This document shows, one piece after another, positions 27,701-40,962 of a DNA stretch of 64,000 bases. Positions within the stretch are counted from its first letter, which is position 1, and each line of letters opens with the position of its first letter. The position numbers and the translations under genes were made by a program. Below the pieces are notes generated by a model, which saw only the letters and a list, made by a program, of their open reading frames with translations, was not told the DNA's origin and did not search any database. This DNA comes from the human T2T-CHM13v2.0 reference genome, Homo sapiens: the NCBI RefSeq assembly GCF_009914755.1, contig NC_060942.1; one strand, given 5' to 3'.

Positions 27701-30219
27701 CTCTTTATCCCTTGCTGACATGCCATTTTATTATTTTATTATTTACAGCAGTACTTGTTCATAAATCAAATCCATACACCTCTTAAGATAATAGCAAAAC
27801 ACAAAAAAGCAAAAAAGAATTTTCCTTTTGAATCCAAAAATTCCAAGAATATGTGTTTCTACAAATTATACTGTTGGTCCCTGGCACAAGCCCTTTCTGA
27901 CTGGGCACCAGACCCTTAACCCCTGAAGTACAAATCACTACGGTATTTCCATTTATTTGCACTGCCACATTCCTGGGACATTACTGATCTTGAAGGGAAG
28001 CCTGTCACATTCAGGAAAATTTAGGGGAAACAATTGGGAGTTTAAAAGAATTAGACTCATTATATTTTTGTGACTTATACTAACTACTTTTACCTTCTAT
28101 GTAGCAAACTTGAATATATTTATTCTATTTGATCTCCTTCAAAAAAGTTGGGGTGCTCAAAGTGGTGTATATATTTGGGATTTTAAATTTTTTGAATAAA
28201 AAAGACTCCATATTTCATGAGGAAAAGACATGGTTCCATTTAGATTTTGTGCTTCAAAAAATGTATTTGCTGATATACAATGGAGCTGTCATAAGTCAAA
28301 GTTAAATGAGAGGCAGCATTTGGATAATAAAAAATATGGTTAATAAGAAATGATCAGCATGTAATTTGCTCAGGTCCTCTGGAGAAATACAGATATAAAT
28401 TGGAAATCAGTATTAAGGGCACTGTACAACACAGTATTGGTTTGAACTATACCTCCAAAGGGTTCAATAGCAGATGTGGGGGGGAACTATTTGCAAGCAC
28501 CTTACACTTCTCTTGGATAATTTTTACACATGATATGAACTCAAATCCTTGCCCAACTCTTCAGTTACTCTGACTATGCAGTAATCTTACTTGGCATGAA
28601 CAAGGTCTGATGCTGTCACAGAGAAAAGTACAATTTTACAGCGGGAAGCAGCATCAGAAACCAACTTGTCCAGCACATTGTTATTCAGCCCAGAGAAATT
28701 AAGTTCTTTGCCTAAAGTCCTAAAATAGTAATGAAGTCTTTTCATTTTGGGTTCTAGGCTCTATATCAACTTCACCAGCATATATGGATACTGGGGAATA
28801 ATTGTGGGACAGTAAAGGCTGGCTGCACCATGCAATAAAAATCAATGAAGCAAGGTAAATGCATACAAAAGATGTATTCACTGGTATATACTTATTTTGT
28901 CTTACAGGTAGAAGCATGTACACTATCTAAGTTAACACATTTCAGTGCCATCTTGATAGGGCCAAACTACATCAACCAGGTAGAAAAAATGTTCCCTAGC
29001 AATAAAATAACAACATGTCCATCAGCTACTACCCAGGACAGCTGTCTATAATTTTGATTTTAAATCAAATTCTCACCTATCTGTAGCCTAATATCTTTTA
29101 AAATCAATTAAGTTTCTTCTTTGCAGATGCTGGTTGATTTGTGGTTGTGGCTGATTTACAAAGTCCTTCTCCCTGGTAATTTACTAGATCAAGGTAGCTT
29201 CTATAAACCCAACCTGAATGAATATGGAGTAATACAGGATTTGAGTTCCTGAGATCTCCTAGACATAAAAGAAGGAAGCAAGGTAAGAACAGGGAATGGG
29301 TACCCATGGGAGTAGCCCACTGTAAAAATGGACTTGTCTTCTCTGAATCTTATTTGATACCCACTGTTTTCCGCTGAGGTTTATGTAGCTTGTTTGATTA
29401 CAGATCTTTGTCCCCAGATTTCTTCTCCACCCCACCTTTCTTTTCATACACAGACCCTTGGACTTCTATAATGGAATGGTACCACCCCTAAGAAAGAGTC
29501 TGAAAAATGAACTAGCGCAGTGAAAACCCCCAGTAAATGTTATGCAAACTTATCATGAGTTAAGCCAGAAGTACAAATTTGCTACATTGTGGAAAGGCTA
29601 TAAAATAGCAATTTGTCTTACTGTATGTGCAATTTTAATGTATTCCAAAGCATGTGTATTGTCTATTTCTATTACCCAGATCATTCAAACTTTTAAGTGC
29701 AAAGTAAATATAAAGCGTTGCCTTTTTAATAATATGCAGTTGTAGCATATGCTTTTCTTGTTTTCCACCTCCAGTGTGGACCAGAAACACATAATTGCTG
29801 CTTTTACTCATGTTATCTGATCATTACACAAAACATGAACCTGTTTGAGATTACTTTATATTTTTACAATTATTATTGTTAACAGCTACTTTCACTATTC
29901 TGGAAACAATTGAGAATTTTAGTAGGTAATGGGTTATATTTCTTAATACTTTACATACAAAGTAAAAAGGAAGGTGGAAAGTTTAACTTTTTCCCTTCAA
30001 ATTTGTATAAAACTGCAACCACCTTTCATAAAATTACCAATATAATCACTACATAAGAATGCATAAAGTGCTCTTGGGTTCTCGTTTTTCAGATATGTAG
30101 TAACTGAATGTATTTTTCTATATATTCTTTCCCTATTTTATTTCTGATATAAAAGAAGTAAATATTTTAATCTATACAAGTCATTTACATTCAATATTGT
30201 AACACATTTGCTTCACTGA

Positions 30220-30360
30220 TTTATCAATTTGCTCAATCAACAAACACCTTCTGAGTACCTACCATGATGAGGCACTGTGATAGAGGCTAAGAAGATATGA
30301 AGATGAAAATGACCCAGTCATTGGTCTCAAGTCTCGTAACATAGTATCAGCTCACAATTT
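30220..30360 (-). mobile_element. L2 3'-end fragment (appears to resume at about 31045-31200, after the L1MB)
   Basis: tcaatcaacaaacaccttctgagtacctaccatgatgaggcactgtg. Confidence 0.6.
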
Positions 30361-30363
30361 AGG

Positions 30364-31040
30364 AGAGTTAAGCATACGACCCAGCAATGCCACTTCTGGA
30401 CATATACTCAAAAGAAATGAAAGCACAGTCTCAAAGAGACAGTATGTGCATGTCCATGTTCACTGCAGCATAATTCAGAAGAACCAAGAGGCAGAAGCAA
30501 CCTTCCATCATGAATGATGATGAATGAATGGATAAATAAAATGTGGTGTATATATATGGCATATATATATATATCGTATATATATATGTTATATACATGG
30601 TATATATATGGTATATATATATGATATATATATGGTATATATATGGTATATATATGATATATATATATGTAAAATGGGATATTATTTATCATTAAAGAAG
30701 AAGGGAATATTGTCACATGATGCAACACAGATGAACCTTGCAGGCATTAAGCTAAGTGGAAAGTGCCAATATGAATAGACAAATACCATATGATTCCAGT
30801 TATATGAGGTACCTAGAGTAGTCAAATTCATAGAGACAAAACACAGAATGGTATTTGCCAGGGGCTGGGGAGAGACGGAGATGCGGAATTGTTTAATGAG
30901 TATAGAGTTTCAGTTTTGCAAGATGAAAAGAGTTCTGGAGATTGGCTGCACAAATGATGTGAATGTACGTAACACTTAAAAATGATTTGGATATGTAAAA
31001 TTTTATGTTATGTATACTTTACCACAATTAATTTTTTTAA
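30364..31040 (+). mobile_element. L1MB-type (about L1MB3) 3' end
   Basis: gacccagcaatgccacttctgg...tatatgaggtacctagagtagtcaaattcatagagac...gagtttcagttttgcaagatgaaaagagttctggag...aattttatgttatgtatactttaccacaatt. Confidence 0.88.
30548..30670. repeat. (TA)n / TATATATATGG-type compound tandem repeat inside the L1MB
   Basis: About 120 bp of TA runs punctuated by GG, GA or CG every 11-13 bp. Confidence 0.9.
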
Positions 31041-31989
31041 GTTAGCAGTTACAAAACATAAGCAAATATGATGCCAACAAAAGCATAAATGCCTTAAAAG
31101 AAGACAGTGACGATTCCAAGGAGAGAGCAGTTATGTCAGGTTGGAGTATGCAGTTGCATTCCAAATGGAGCATTTCAGATGGGTTTGTGACAGAAGTAGA
31201 GTTTCTGACTCTACGCTCAAGACTTTAAGGCTTGAAAAGAGGCCCCCTACAGGAGCGAAGTGCGGGGAAGGGATCCCAGAGGCCAGATAATTCTGAAGAG
31301 GCTCTTAGTCTGCAGTCCTTTGTGAGGAAATGGGGCAATCTAAGGAAGAAAGACAAGAACAGAGCTAGGAAGGAGAACAGTGTTGGGTCAGAAATACAAG
31401 TGTGTGTGCAGCTGAAGGAAAAAAAAAACATTAAAACTGAGTTCACTATGGCAGAACAAGGTGTAGAGCATCTCACAGAAGGACAGGTGGTTAAATGGTC
31501 CAGATTTATTGAGCATGCCATTGGACTGAGTTCTGAAGACGGCCATGGCAAAAAATACTTCAATAAAGGCACCACAGATGTAGTTAAAAGAAAGGAACAT
31601 TCTGGGCGAAGTCAAAAGCACAAGGAAAGGCAGAGATGAGAAAAGTCTAGCAGGAAATGAGGCTAGATGGGGAGACTACCGTAGATCACTGGGGTAGCAA
31701 CGCAGGATGGGACTCCCTGGGTAAATACACTGTACTCATAGTTTTAGGAACACTTCTGTTGCTTTGAGGAAAGTGGAATTGATCATCAACTTAAGTAACA
31801 TCTAAGTTCCCTCATTTAACTCACAAATTATAATGATTAAAAAGATCTATTTTAGAAAAGATCTATTTTAGAAAGTTCATACCCATTTCAATCTATTTTT
31901 TCAATTTACTTGTCATGATGGGCTATTAAGTTTAATATAAATATCAAGCTAGGAGTGAGTTTTAGTAGTGAGACCCCTGGACAACAAGG

Positions 31990-32150
31990 AAAACAAGCCT
32001 GGGCTCAAACAACACATTGCTTCAACTTCTTATGTGACCTTAAATACATAACTTCCTGTCTGAACCTTCGTTTCCTTTCTTGGTAAGTTCAAAAGGGACT
32101 AGATTTCTATACTGTTTCCTATCCATGCAGTTCTAATATTCTATGACTGT
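31990..32150 (+). mobile_element. MIR3-like fragment
   Basis: atgtgaccttaaatacataacttcctgtctgaaccttcgtttcct...ttctaatattctatga. Confidence 0.55.
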
Positions 32151-33509
32151 CTCAAGGTGGAGGGTGAACTGCCTGAGAGTCAGAAATCCATTCGTAAGCG
32201 ATATTCCCTGTTCTTCCCTGCCTGCCAGTGGCTACACGGAGCAACTAAAGGCAATAGGAAAACAGAAAATAATTGCCTCCTGTACTCGCAGGTCATGAAA
32301 CCTCCTCTTCATTTTCCAACCTATCAGAGATGCTTGTTGAGTATCAAATGCATATTTTCAAATTCCTTATATCTCAGCCTTTCTGACTGGAAGAGATACA
32401 AAGGAAGGGTTGTGGCTTTCAAGTCTTGGGAAGAGGTCCATATCCCATTATAACGGGTGAAGCTCAACAACTTTCTCATGTCTCTTCAATTTAGTTTTCT
32501 TTTTTCTCCTTCAATATTTTGTATAAAGTCCCAGAAGAACACATTCACAGACACACATGCACATGTGTGCACAAATACACATACAGACATACACACACAC
32601 TTCACATTTAAAAAACAAAATTTCTTTTGGTTTATCTGCCATTTGGAGGTATACATGTAGTATTCCCTTCTGTATGTATAGGCTATAGATTAAATAAAGA
32701 CAATTCTATACTACATTATTGATAACGAGGCACTCTCATAATTGATAAGAATAATAATATTAAAAGGTAGACACCACTTCCTGTTCGTTACCTTCTTTGT
32801 TTTCAGAAAAAAAGTCACTTGCTTTGTTTCACATTTAGTAGCTGTTATTGACGATAAGGTTTGGATAATATCACTGGAGAATTGCTTTTATTCCAGCAAG
32901 ACAGCATTCTTAGAATATGCCCATAGACTATTACAAAATGTACAGCTTGCCCAACATGAATCACAGTGATAGGATTAGGCCCAAAGGGAGCTATGACAAC
33001 TCTCTACAAGTAACTGAAAGGTGCAAATGGCAGGGAGGGAAAAGAATTATTTAAAGAGGTCCGAGGTGTATGTGAAGAGGGATTAAATTAAGCAAAGGAA
33101 AATTCAGGTTTTATATCAAGAAAAAATTCCTAATGGCAATATGTTAAAAGAATAGCTTCCCAAGAAATGTGTCGGAAGCTGAGATGCTGGAGGGAATTTT
33201 AACTGTAACTGAAACAATACTGGAAATAGACCATAAGGACAGAAGCCCATGCCGGTGAGAGATGAGCTTGTTGACCCACCAGCTTTCCTATCTTCTTCTC
33301 TATCATGCTATGGATCTTTCTGAAGAAAATAAGAGATTAAAGACTGAGAACTAGCCTATCAAAAATGACACTGGAGACACGTGGCCTCTCTATTTATAAA
33401 AGAAGACCACTTATATGGGTTTCCTATGGGCTGCCTCTCCATCTACACAACAGGGTAAGTGAAAATGTTCTCCAAACACAGAGTATCATTTAGGTATAAA
33501 ATATTATAA

Positions 33510-33735
33510 TAAAAATAATAGCTATCATCTATTGAGTAATGACAATGTGCCAGGCACCCTGCTACATGCTTGATATGTGTCATGTCATTTACACTTCACA
33601 AAAACCTGTGAGCTTTCACAGATGAGAGAACCAAGACCTAATATGTGCCTAAGAACACAGAGTCCATAAGTAGTGGAAGATTTGAACCCATGTAGTTAGA
33701 GGTCAGTGCCTGAGCTCTCAATTCCTGAGCTACTT
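33510..33735 (-). mobile_element. MIR
   Basis: aataatagctatcatctattgagtaatgacaatgtgccaggcac...acagatgagagaacc...gatttgaaccca. Confidence 0.8.
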
Positions 33736-34244
33736 TCAACAACATGGCAGCTAAGAAAGTTTACACCAAAAAGAGAAAGCTAGTCTTTTTGTTTTAATCT
33801 TTTTACCCAGCGTAGGTACCAGGAGGGATCTCTGAAAGGCAGGTTACTCCTCGCCAGGAGTAGGATCAAATCATGAGCTTATTTTAAATTGGCCCATTCT
33901 AGGTACAGTCTTGGCCAAGTCTGGATTTGTAATTTAGCAGAAAAGAAACTTTTGAGGCAGCCCTTTGATTCAATTCTTGTGACCCTTGTGAAATAAACCT
34001 TCTTAAGACTGAGTTATGGTATCAATTTGCTTCAATCCAACAAATATGTACACTGTGATGCACTCAAGGGGCTAATATCTAGCTGGGGATCAGATTAGTT
34101 CATCTCCAAAGTAGTTGGAGAGGGCACCACGGGCGTAAACTTCCAGGAGCAGAGGTAAGAAGAGAGCTGAAGGGAGTAGAGAGGAAAACAAAAACAGCAA
34201 CAGGAGGGTGGAGTCGGGGTCCAGGTGAACTAGAATTTCAAGAC

Positions 34245-34740
34245 GATCATTCCATCCACGCATTGGGCAATAAAGATCTGTTGAGTGCCTACCATGTGCC
34301 AGGCACTGGGAACACAGCAGTCAACGGTATTTCAGACTTTATGGAGCTTACAGGATAGTCAGAAGACAGACATCACCCAACAGCAGTTCACAGAGAATGT
34401 GGTCGTGGACGCACCTAGACTGGGGCTCAGTGAAGGCCTCCCAGAGGGAACACCCCTTAAACTAAAAGGAAGAAGAGGAGGCAAAGAGGTGATTGACTCC
34501 AGACAGAAAAGCACAGCATGAGGACAGGCCAAGGAAGAAAAAGTGCTTGGTCAGTTCAAGGAATAGAGAGCAAGTGGGGCTACCAGAGCAAACAAGGGGG
34601 AGGTTGGGGAAGAGAAAGCTACAAGATTCTGCACAGGCAAATTATGTAGGGAGTGTAAGGTGCATAAAGGACTCTGAAGTTCATTCAAAGAGCCTTGGGA
34701 AACACTGAGAGCTTTTGAGCATGAACTGATTTGGTTCCAA
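34245..34740 (-). mobile_element. L2 3' region
   Basis: ttgagtgcctaccatgtgccaggcactgggaacacagcag...ttatggagcttaca...gggaaacactgagagcttttgagca. Confidence 0.75.
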
Positions 34741-34742
34741 GA

Positions 34743-35230
34743 CAACATAATAGTAAATGCCAAGGTCTTCTGATTCAGACACATCCTGGGTTCAAATCCC
34801 ACTTCTGTCACTTATTCACTATGTGCCCCATGTCTCATACAAAAAAAAGAAATGCTAAAATAAAACAAAGCAAACAAAAAATAAATAAATAAAACAATGC
34901 CTACCTCTCCTAAGGTTGGCCAGAAGGATTAAGTAAGCTAAGGTTGGTAGTTTAGTGCATTTCTGGAAATGTGGTCAGCATTAAAAAGAACAGGTAGCAA
35001 CATAAAATAGGGATATAAAGTATGGGTGGGGTGGTGGGTCGGAGCATGGGATGTGGAGGAAGAAAACCTTAAGCAAGTTACTTAACCTTTTCTTCAGAAC
35101 CTCAGCATCTTCATCTGGAAAACATGTTTCAACTTCATGGATTTCTTTTAAAAATTCAATGGAAAAATATGTATTATATCTAGCACATAGTAAGTACTTA
35201 GTAAATTATTATTACTATTGCTAGTAATAG
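34743..35230 (+). mobile_element. Two MIR fragments
   Basis: cagacacatcctgggttcaaatcccacttctgtcactta and ccttaagcaagttacttaacct...cctcagcatcttcatctggaaaa...gcacatagtaagtacttagtaaat. Confidence 0.75.
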
Positions 35231-37149
35231 TAACAATATACGGTATTATCCATAAAACTTTATACTTTTTGGCATGTTACTCCAAAAAAGCAGTGGATTT
35301 CCTACTATTATAATTACTCATGTGTCTTACGTATTCTTATTGAACTCTGTGGTGCTCAGAATATTTTCTCAGCATTATGTTATCTCTTCAATCTTCAAAA
35401 TCCCCAGGAGAGTCATAGGTACAAATGAAAATACTGATGCACGTGGAAAGTAAAACCCCATAAGGAACACAAGAAGGAAAATATAGGTCACCAGAGTTCA
35501 ACTAAAATGTAACTGTTACTCTATAAATAATAGATATCTTTCTTAAAATTAAGGCACAATTTCAACAGAGTAAAATACGAAAACCTGGAAACCTTTTCTT
35601 CAGGATACTTCATAAAGCAAGCTCCTTCTCTGCTTTTGCCTGTCACTTTCCAGGCTTCCAGAGTGTCACTGCAGTGCTACAGTGAGGTGGTTAAAGTATG
35701 AACCGGAGGGTCTGAGAGGCAATTTGCATCTCTGGGAATTCATGTCCAGAGTCCTCCTCAGTTTGGCCAACGTCAGCTGCATCAGAGCACCTCCAGTTAC
35801 TAACAAAACAGAGACTCTGGGGGCAAGTGAGTTAATACATTTTAGACCTAACTAAACACCTGACCTGTCTGATTAGCAGGAGCTAGGGGATGACCTTTAA
35901 AACTCAGTGCTCAAACTTGATTCTGAACTCATCTTCCTTCTTGTTCCTAGAGTACCCCATACCCTCTGTGGTCAACGAGACTGATTCCCTGCTCAATTTT
36001 ACAATTTTATGCTATTTGCCATTCTTGTCACATAGTATGCTTGGCACATTAAAGGGGCCTAAGAAGGGTTTGTCTACTCGGTGAATGAGTCCATCTTCCC
36101 AATTTCTCTATCACAACATATATCTTACTTTCCTATACTTATGAATAGTTAGGAAGAAAAACAAAAAGCCAAAAGAATTTATTTGATTTCCTCCTCCTCT
36201 CCCTCCTTCACTTTCTATCCCCTTTTTCCTTCTCTCTCCCTTCTCTCCTCTATTTTTTCTCTCTGTGTATATGCTTTTTTTTTTAATTTTTAAAAGCCAC
36301 TCAATGAAGAGATTGAGCAGAGGCTGTCCAGTCTCGGAAACAGTGGTTCTCCCTGACCAGATGGAACTCTATTAAGCTTGTCTCCATGGAATGTGCTTAA
36401 AGGAAAGCGGCTCTGCTGAAAGTCCTATATATTTAAGCAATGCCCAGAGTTGCTGAGTCTAACCGTAACTTATTACCCACCCCCTGCTGTGCGGAAGGAC
36501 TTGGGCATTTTACCTCATCAGCGTTAAAGAAAAGGAGCCAGGAGTTTTTAAACAAACACAGCAACAGACCAAACATCCTAAAACTCTTAAGTTTTTACTA
36601 GGATTATAAAACTCTTAGTTAAGTAAACCAACAATTAAGAGACAGTAGCACAATGGACAATAGCTTTTGCCTTATAAAGGACAGACAGTACAAGAAGTCC
36701 CTATACAGTACAAGGAAACAATCACTTACGTCCCTTTATCACTTATGTCTTATGTCATCTTTCTTTACACTCATACCATGGGAGTCTTCCATGGCCCTCC
36801 CAAAAGACCTGCTCTGAAAAAAATATTAGAAAATTATAGAGAACTGGTGAGTTCAAAAATGGGATGATTTCCTTTTTGAAAACAGCAACAATTTTAAGGC
36901 AGATACTTTTCCCTGGGGTTTTACATTCACATGGTATAGTACTCTTTTATAGAAATTCCTGTACTCCAAAATATCTTTCCTCACAGTGCTTGAATGATTT
37001 TTTTCCGTCTTGTTACACTACTTGAAGACAACACATTAGTTTTTGAAGTTGACCTTTTGTTTAGAAAGTACAAAAACATCTGGGAAGATTAACTATGTTG
37101 GTTATCCACATCTTAGCATGAATTTGCTCTAAGGAGGAATTCATTTTGT

Positions 37150-37385
37150 CATTCTATAAACATTTACTGATCATCTACTATGATCAGAGAAAAACAGAAT
37201 CTCTGCCCTCATGAAACTCATGGGTAAGAAAAGCAATAAACAAACTATCAAAATAATAAAGTGGTAAGTTTTTTGATATGGCAAATAAATACAAGGAGAA
37301 ATAAGACCACAGTGTCAATACCTGGCTCAAAGAGACAGGAGGGCTGCCTAGGGCAGTGAGTAAAGAATAAGAAGGAGTCACCTAC
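37150..37385 (-). mobile_element. L2 fragment
   Basis: aaacatttactgatcatctactatg...tctctgccctcatgaaactcat. Confidence 0.55.
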
Positions 37386-37965
37386 ACCTGTCATGTAGGG
37401 GATGTTTTAAAGGATATCCCAGGGACAGTCTGGGATGGTTTGAGCAGCTGATAATGCCAACAGACCTTTAGAGAGAATCAGGAGGTAGAAAGGGGCTGAG
37501 GAATAGAGTGAAAATACTGCCAAGAAACAGCTTTGTCCATTGCAAACTTTCTCTGAATGTCAACTTAGATACCACTGGTGAGTAACTGTGAAGCAGGACA
37601 GAGCACAGAGTACTAGAAACGGCCAGTGGAATATCTCCTTTTCTGTTTTGTAATTATTTGCTTGGACAATTCCCAATAAACCACTAGTAGTTAGGCACTG
37701 TTTTAGATTACAAGACTATGTTCTCACAAATTCCAAATCTCTTAATCAAAACCAAGGTCAGAATGAGTCTCACTTAGCCCCAGGACAAAAGTTTATTAAA
37801 GCATCCAGAATTAGAAGGTAACTTTGATATCTAAATTTAGCTCCCAGTGCCTGGCACGTGGGAGACACTAATTTCATCCATCCTTCAAACCAGTGATTCT
37901 GACCATGATCAAGATACAGTATCACAGTTACTCTGATTGATGAAAAAAAAAAGTTAGGTCAATAA

Positions 37966-38491
<526 letters not shown>

Positions 38492-40223
38492 TAGGTCAAT
38501 AACTTTCTTAACCTATACGTAAGAATGAATAAATAGGTTATTAGCTTTTTCATTAGAATATCACCATTATACCTGTGATACTGTTAACTATTTGAAATTT
38601 AACAGTGCTAAATTTTGTCATGTAACAAAATCTTTTTATATCCAAAGTATTTTACTTGTTCCAGATAGATACCATGAAAAAGGTGTGGTACCCTCATTAT
38701 TGTGATGAATTGAAATCAGGTACCTGGTTCAAGCAGTTATCACCAACTTTCTAAACTCTTTGGACCGCAACTACTCTTGTATCTCAGGAAACTATTATCC
38801 TAATTTGTAGAGCTATGAGGATTAAATGAGGGGATTAGGATATTCATTCCTGGTATTTTTACTCTGCCATTTTGTTCCAGCATTTTGAGTCTTAGAATGT
38901 TGAATATAAGCACTTTACACAGAATTTTGTCAGTACAGATATATTTTTGTCATTAACAAATTTCTGGAATATACTCAACTGAGTTGATTAAATTCCTTCA
39001 TCAATTTCTTATACAGCACTATTAACTACACTATTTTTTCCCATTTTAATTCTTGTTTCACTGAAATTATTTTCACTGGGATCAGCTCATTTTTATTAAA
39101 ATTATATGATGATAATTTGATTCATTTATCAATTTTGTCCATATTAAACATATTATGAGTTTCCTAAGATCAATATTTCTACCAAGTTCAATTTTTGTGA
39201 TTCAAATTTTGAAGAATTACATTTTGTCAAGATCTCATTCCTCTGTCAATTTTATTCAAAACCAAATTTTATGGAGTTTAATTTACATCTTCATAATGTT
39301 TATTTTTATGTTCATTATTTCTTTCAGTAATTTTCATTGTTAATTAAACAAAAGCCCGAAAGTTCTATTTATTTGTTAGCTAAATCAAGGAACTCTGATT
39401 AGATACTTTATAAGAGGGAAGAAAACAGGGTGAAACAGAGGGAAGAAACAGAAAAAGCTTCAGGAAGGAGGAGAGGAAAATGTGGACACCATGAAAAGGA
39501 AAAGAATACAGAGAGAGAAACACCAAGTATGGCAGGAAGGAGAAAAGGAAGGAAAAAGTCTGCAGGAAAATAACAGCATATTCCTCTGGGTGAAAATAAT
39601 GGAAACCAACTATCACCGGGGAAAAATAAACAGCTTCATTAAACAACAAAGCATAACTATTATTATTTGATTTTAATAGGTTCCCTTCTAAAACTGTGTT
39701 GGTAAGTCAACTGTTATTCATGACATACATTTTTAAAAATATTAAACAAAAATCTAAATTTCAGGTGACTTAACAGCACCATCCTCTGTTCTGAACACTC
39801 ACAAGTTGCCACCTAACTGATGTTACTTAACTCCAGTGTTCAAAATACTTGCTCAGGTGTTGACTGTTGGGAACAACAAATGTGAGACAAAAAGCAGAGG
39901 CCAAAGTAGAAGAGGAAGAAAGGATAATTAGATCTTTACCTCTCCCATTCTTGGACTCAGGACTGGCTCTTGGTAGAATTACAATAAATGAAGTTATCAT
40001 AAACATTCCTGCTTTCTTTCCTGAACTTAATTACTGTTACCCAGTTTCTCTCTCCCCCTGATATCAGAACCCTCTTAGTGTCCTAAGATCTCCCTCTAAG
40101 AGACTCTAGGAGACATTTATTCAGACACCTAAGGAGCGCTCTACATATCCATCCTCCTCATTCATTCTCACATCCTGTTCCCTCAATACAACTGTTCTCC
40201 AGCACTGAAAGGAAAACAATCTG

Positions 40224-40962
40224 TTAGTACAACAACTACAGAGAACAGTTTGGAGGTTCCTCAAGAAACTAAAAATAGAGCTACCCTATCCCATTGCGGG
40301 GCATATACCCAAAAGAAAGGAATCAGTAAATCAAAGAGATAAGTGCACTCATGCTTGCTGCAGCACTGTTGACAATAGCTAAGACTTGGAAGCAACCTAA
40401 GCGTCTATCAACAGATGAATGGGAAAATAATATGTGGTATGTATACACAATGGAGTACTATTCAGACATAAAAAAAGAATAAGATCCTGTCGTTTGCAAC
40501 AACATGGATGGAACTGGAGATCATATGTTAAGTGAAATAAGCCAGGCACAGAAAGACAAACATCGCGTCTTCTCACTTACTGGTAGAAACTAAAAATCAA
40601 AACAATTGAACTCATGAATACAGTGAGTAGGAGGATGGTTACCAGGGGCTGGGAAAAGTAGTAGGGGTCTGGGGGAAAGGTGAGGATGGTTAATAGGTAC
40701 AAAACATAGAATGAATGAATAAGACTTAGTATTTGATAGCATAACAGGGTGACTATAGTCAATAAAAACTTAACTGTATATTTTAAACTAACTTATAAAG
40801 AGTATAATTGGATTGTTTGCAACTCAATGAATAAATGCTTGAGGGGATGGATGCCCCATTCTTCATGATGTGCTTATTTCACATTTCATGCCTGTATCAA
40901 AGCATCTCATGTACTCCTACTATGTACCCACAAAAGTTCAAAATTAAAAAACAATTTTATTA
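40224..40962 (+). mobile_element. L1MA-type (about L1MA2) 5'-truncated LINE-1
   Basis: gagaacagtttggaggttcctcaag...aaatgcttgaggggatggatgccccatt...cctactatgtacccacaaaa. TSD gaaaggaaaacaatctg (40207-23) / gaaaagaaagcaatctg (40963-79). Confidence 0.9.

Noticed and set aside
31225-31639. 135-aa and 116-aa overlapping ORFs
   Set aside because: The 135-aa ORF has a non-ATG start. Both have biased composition from purine-rich DNA, no recognisable domain and no exon context.
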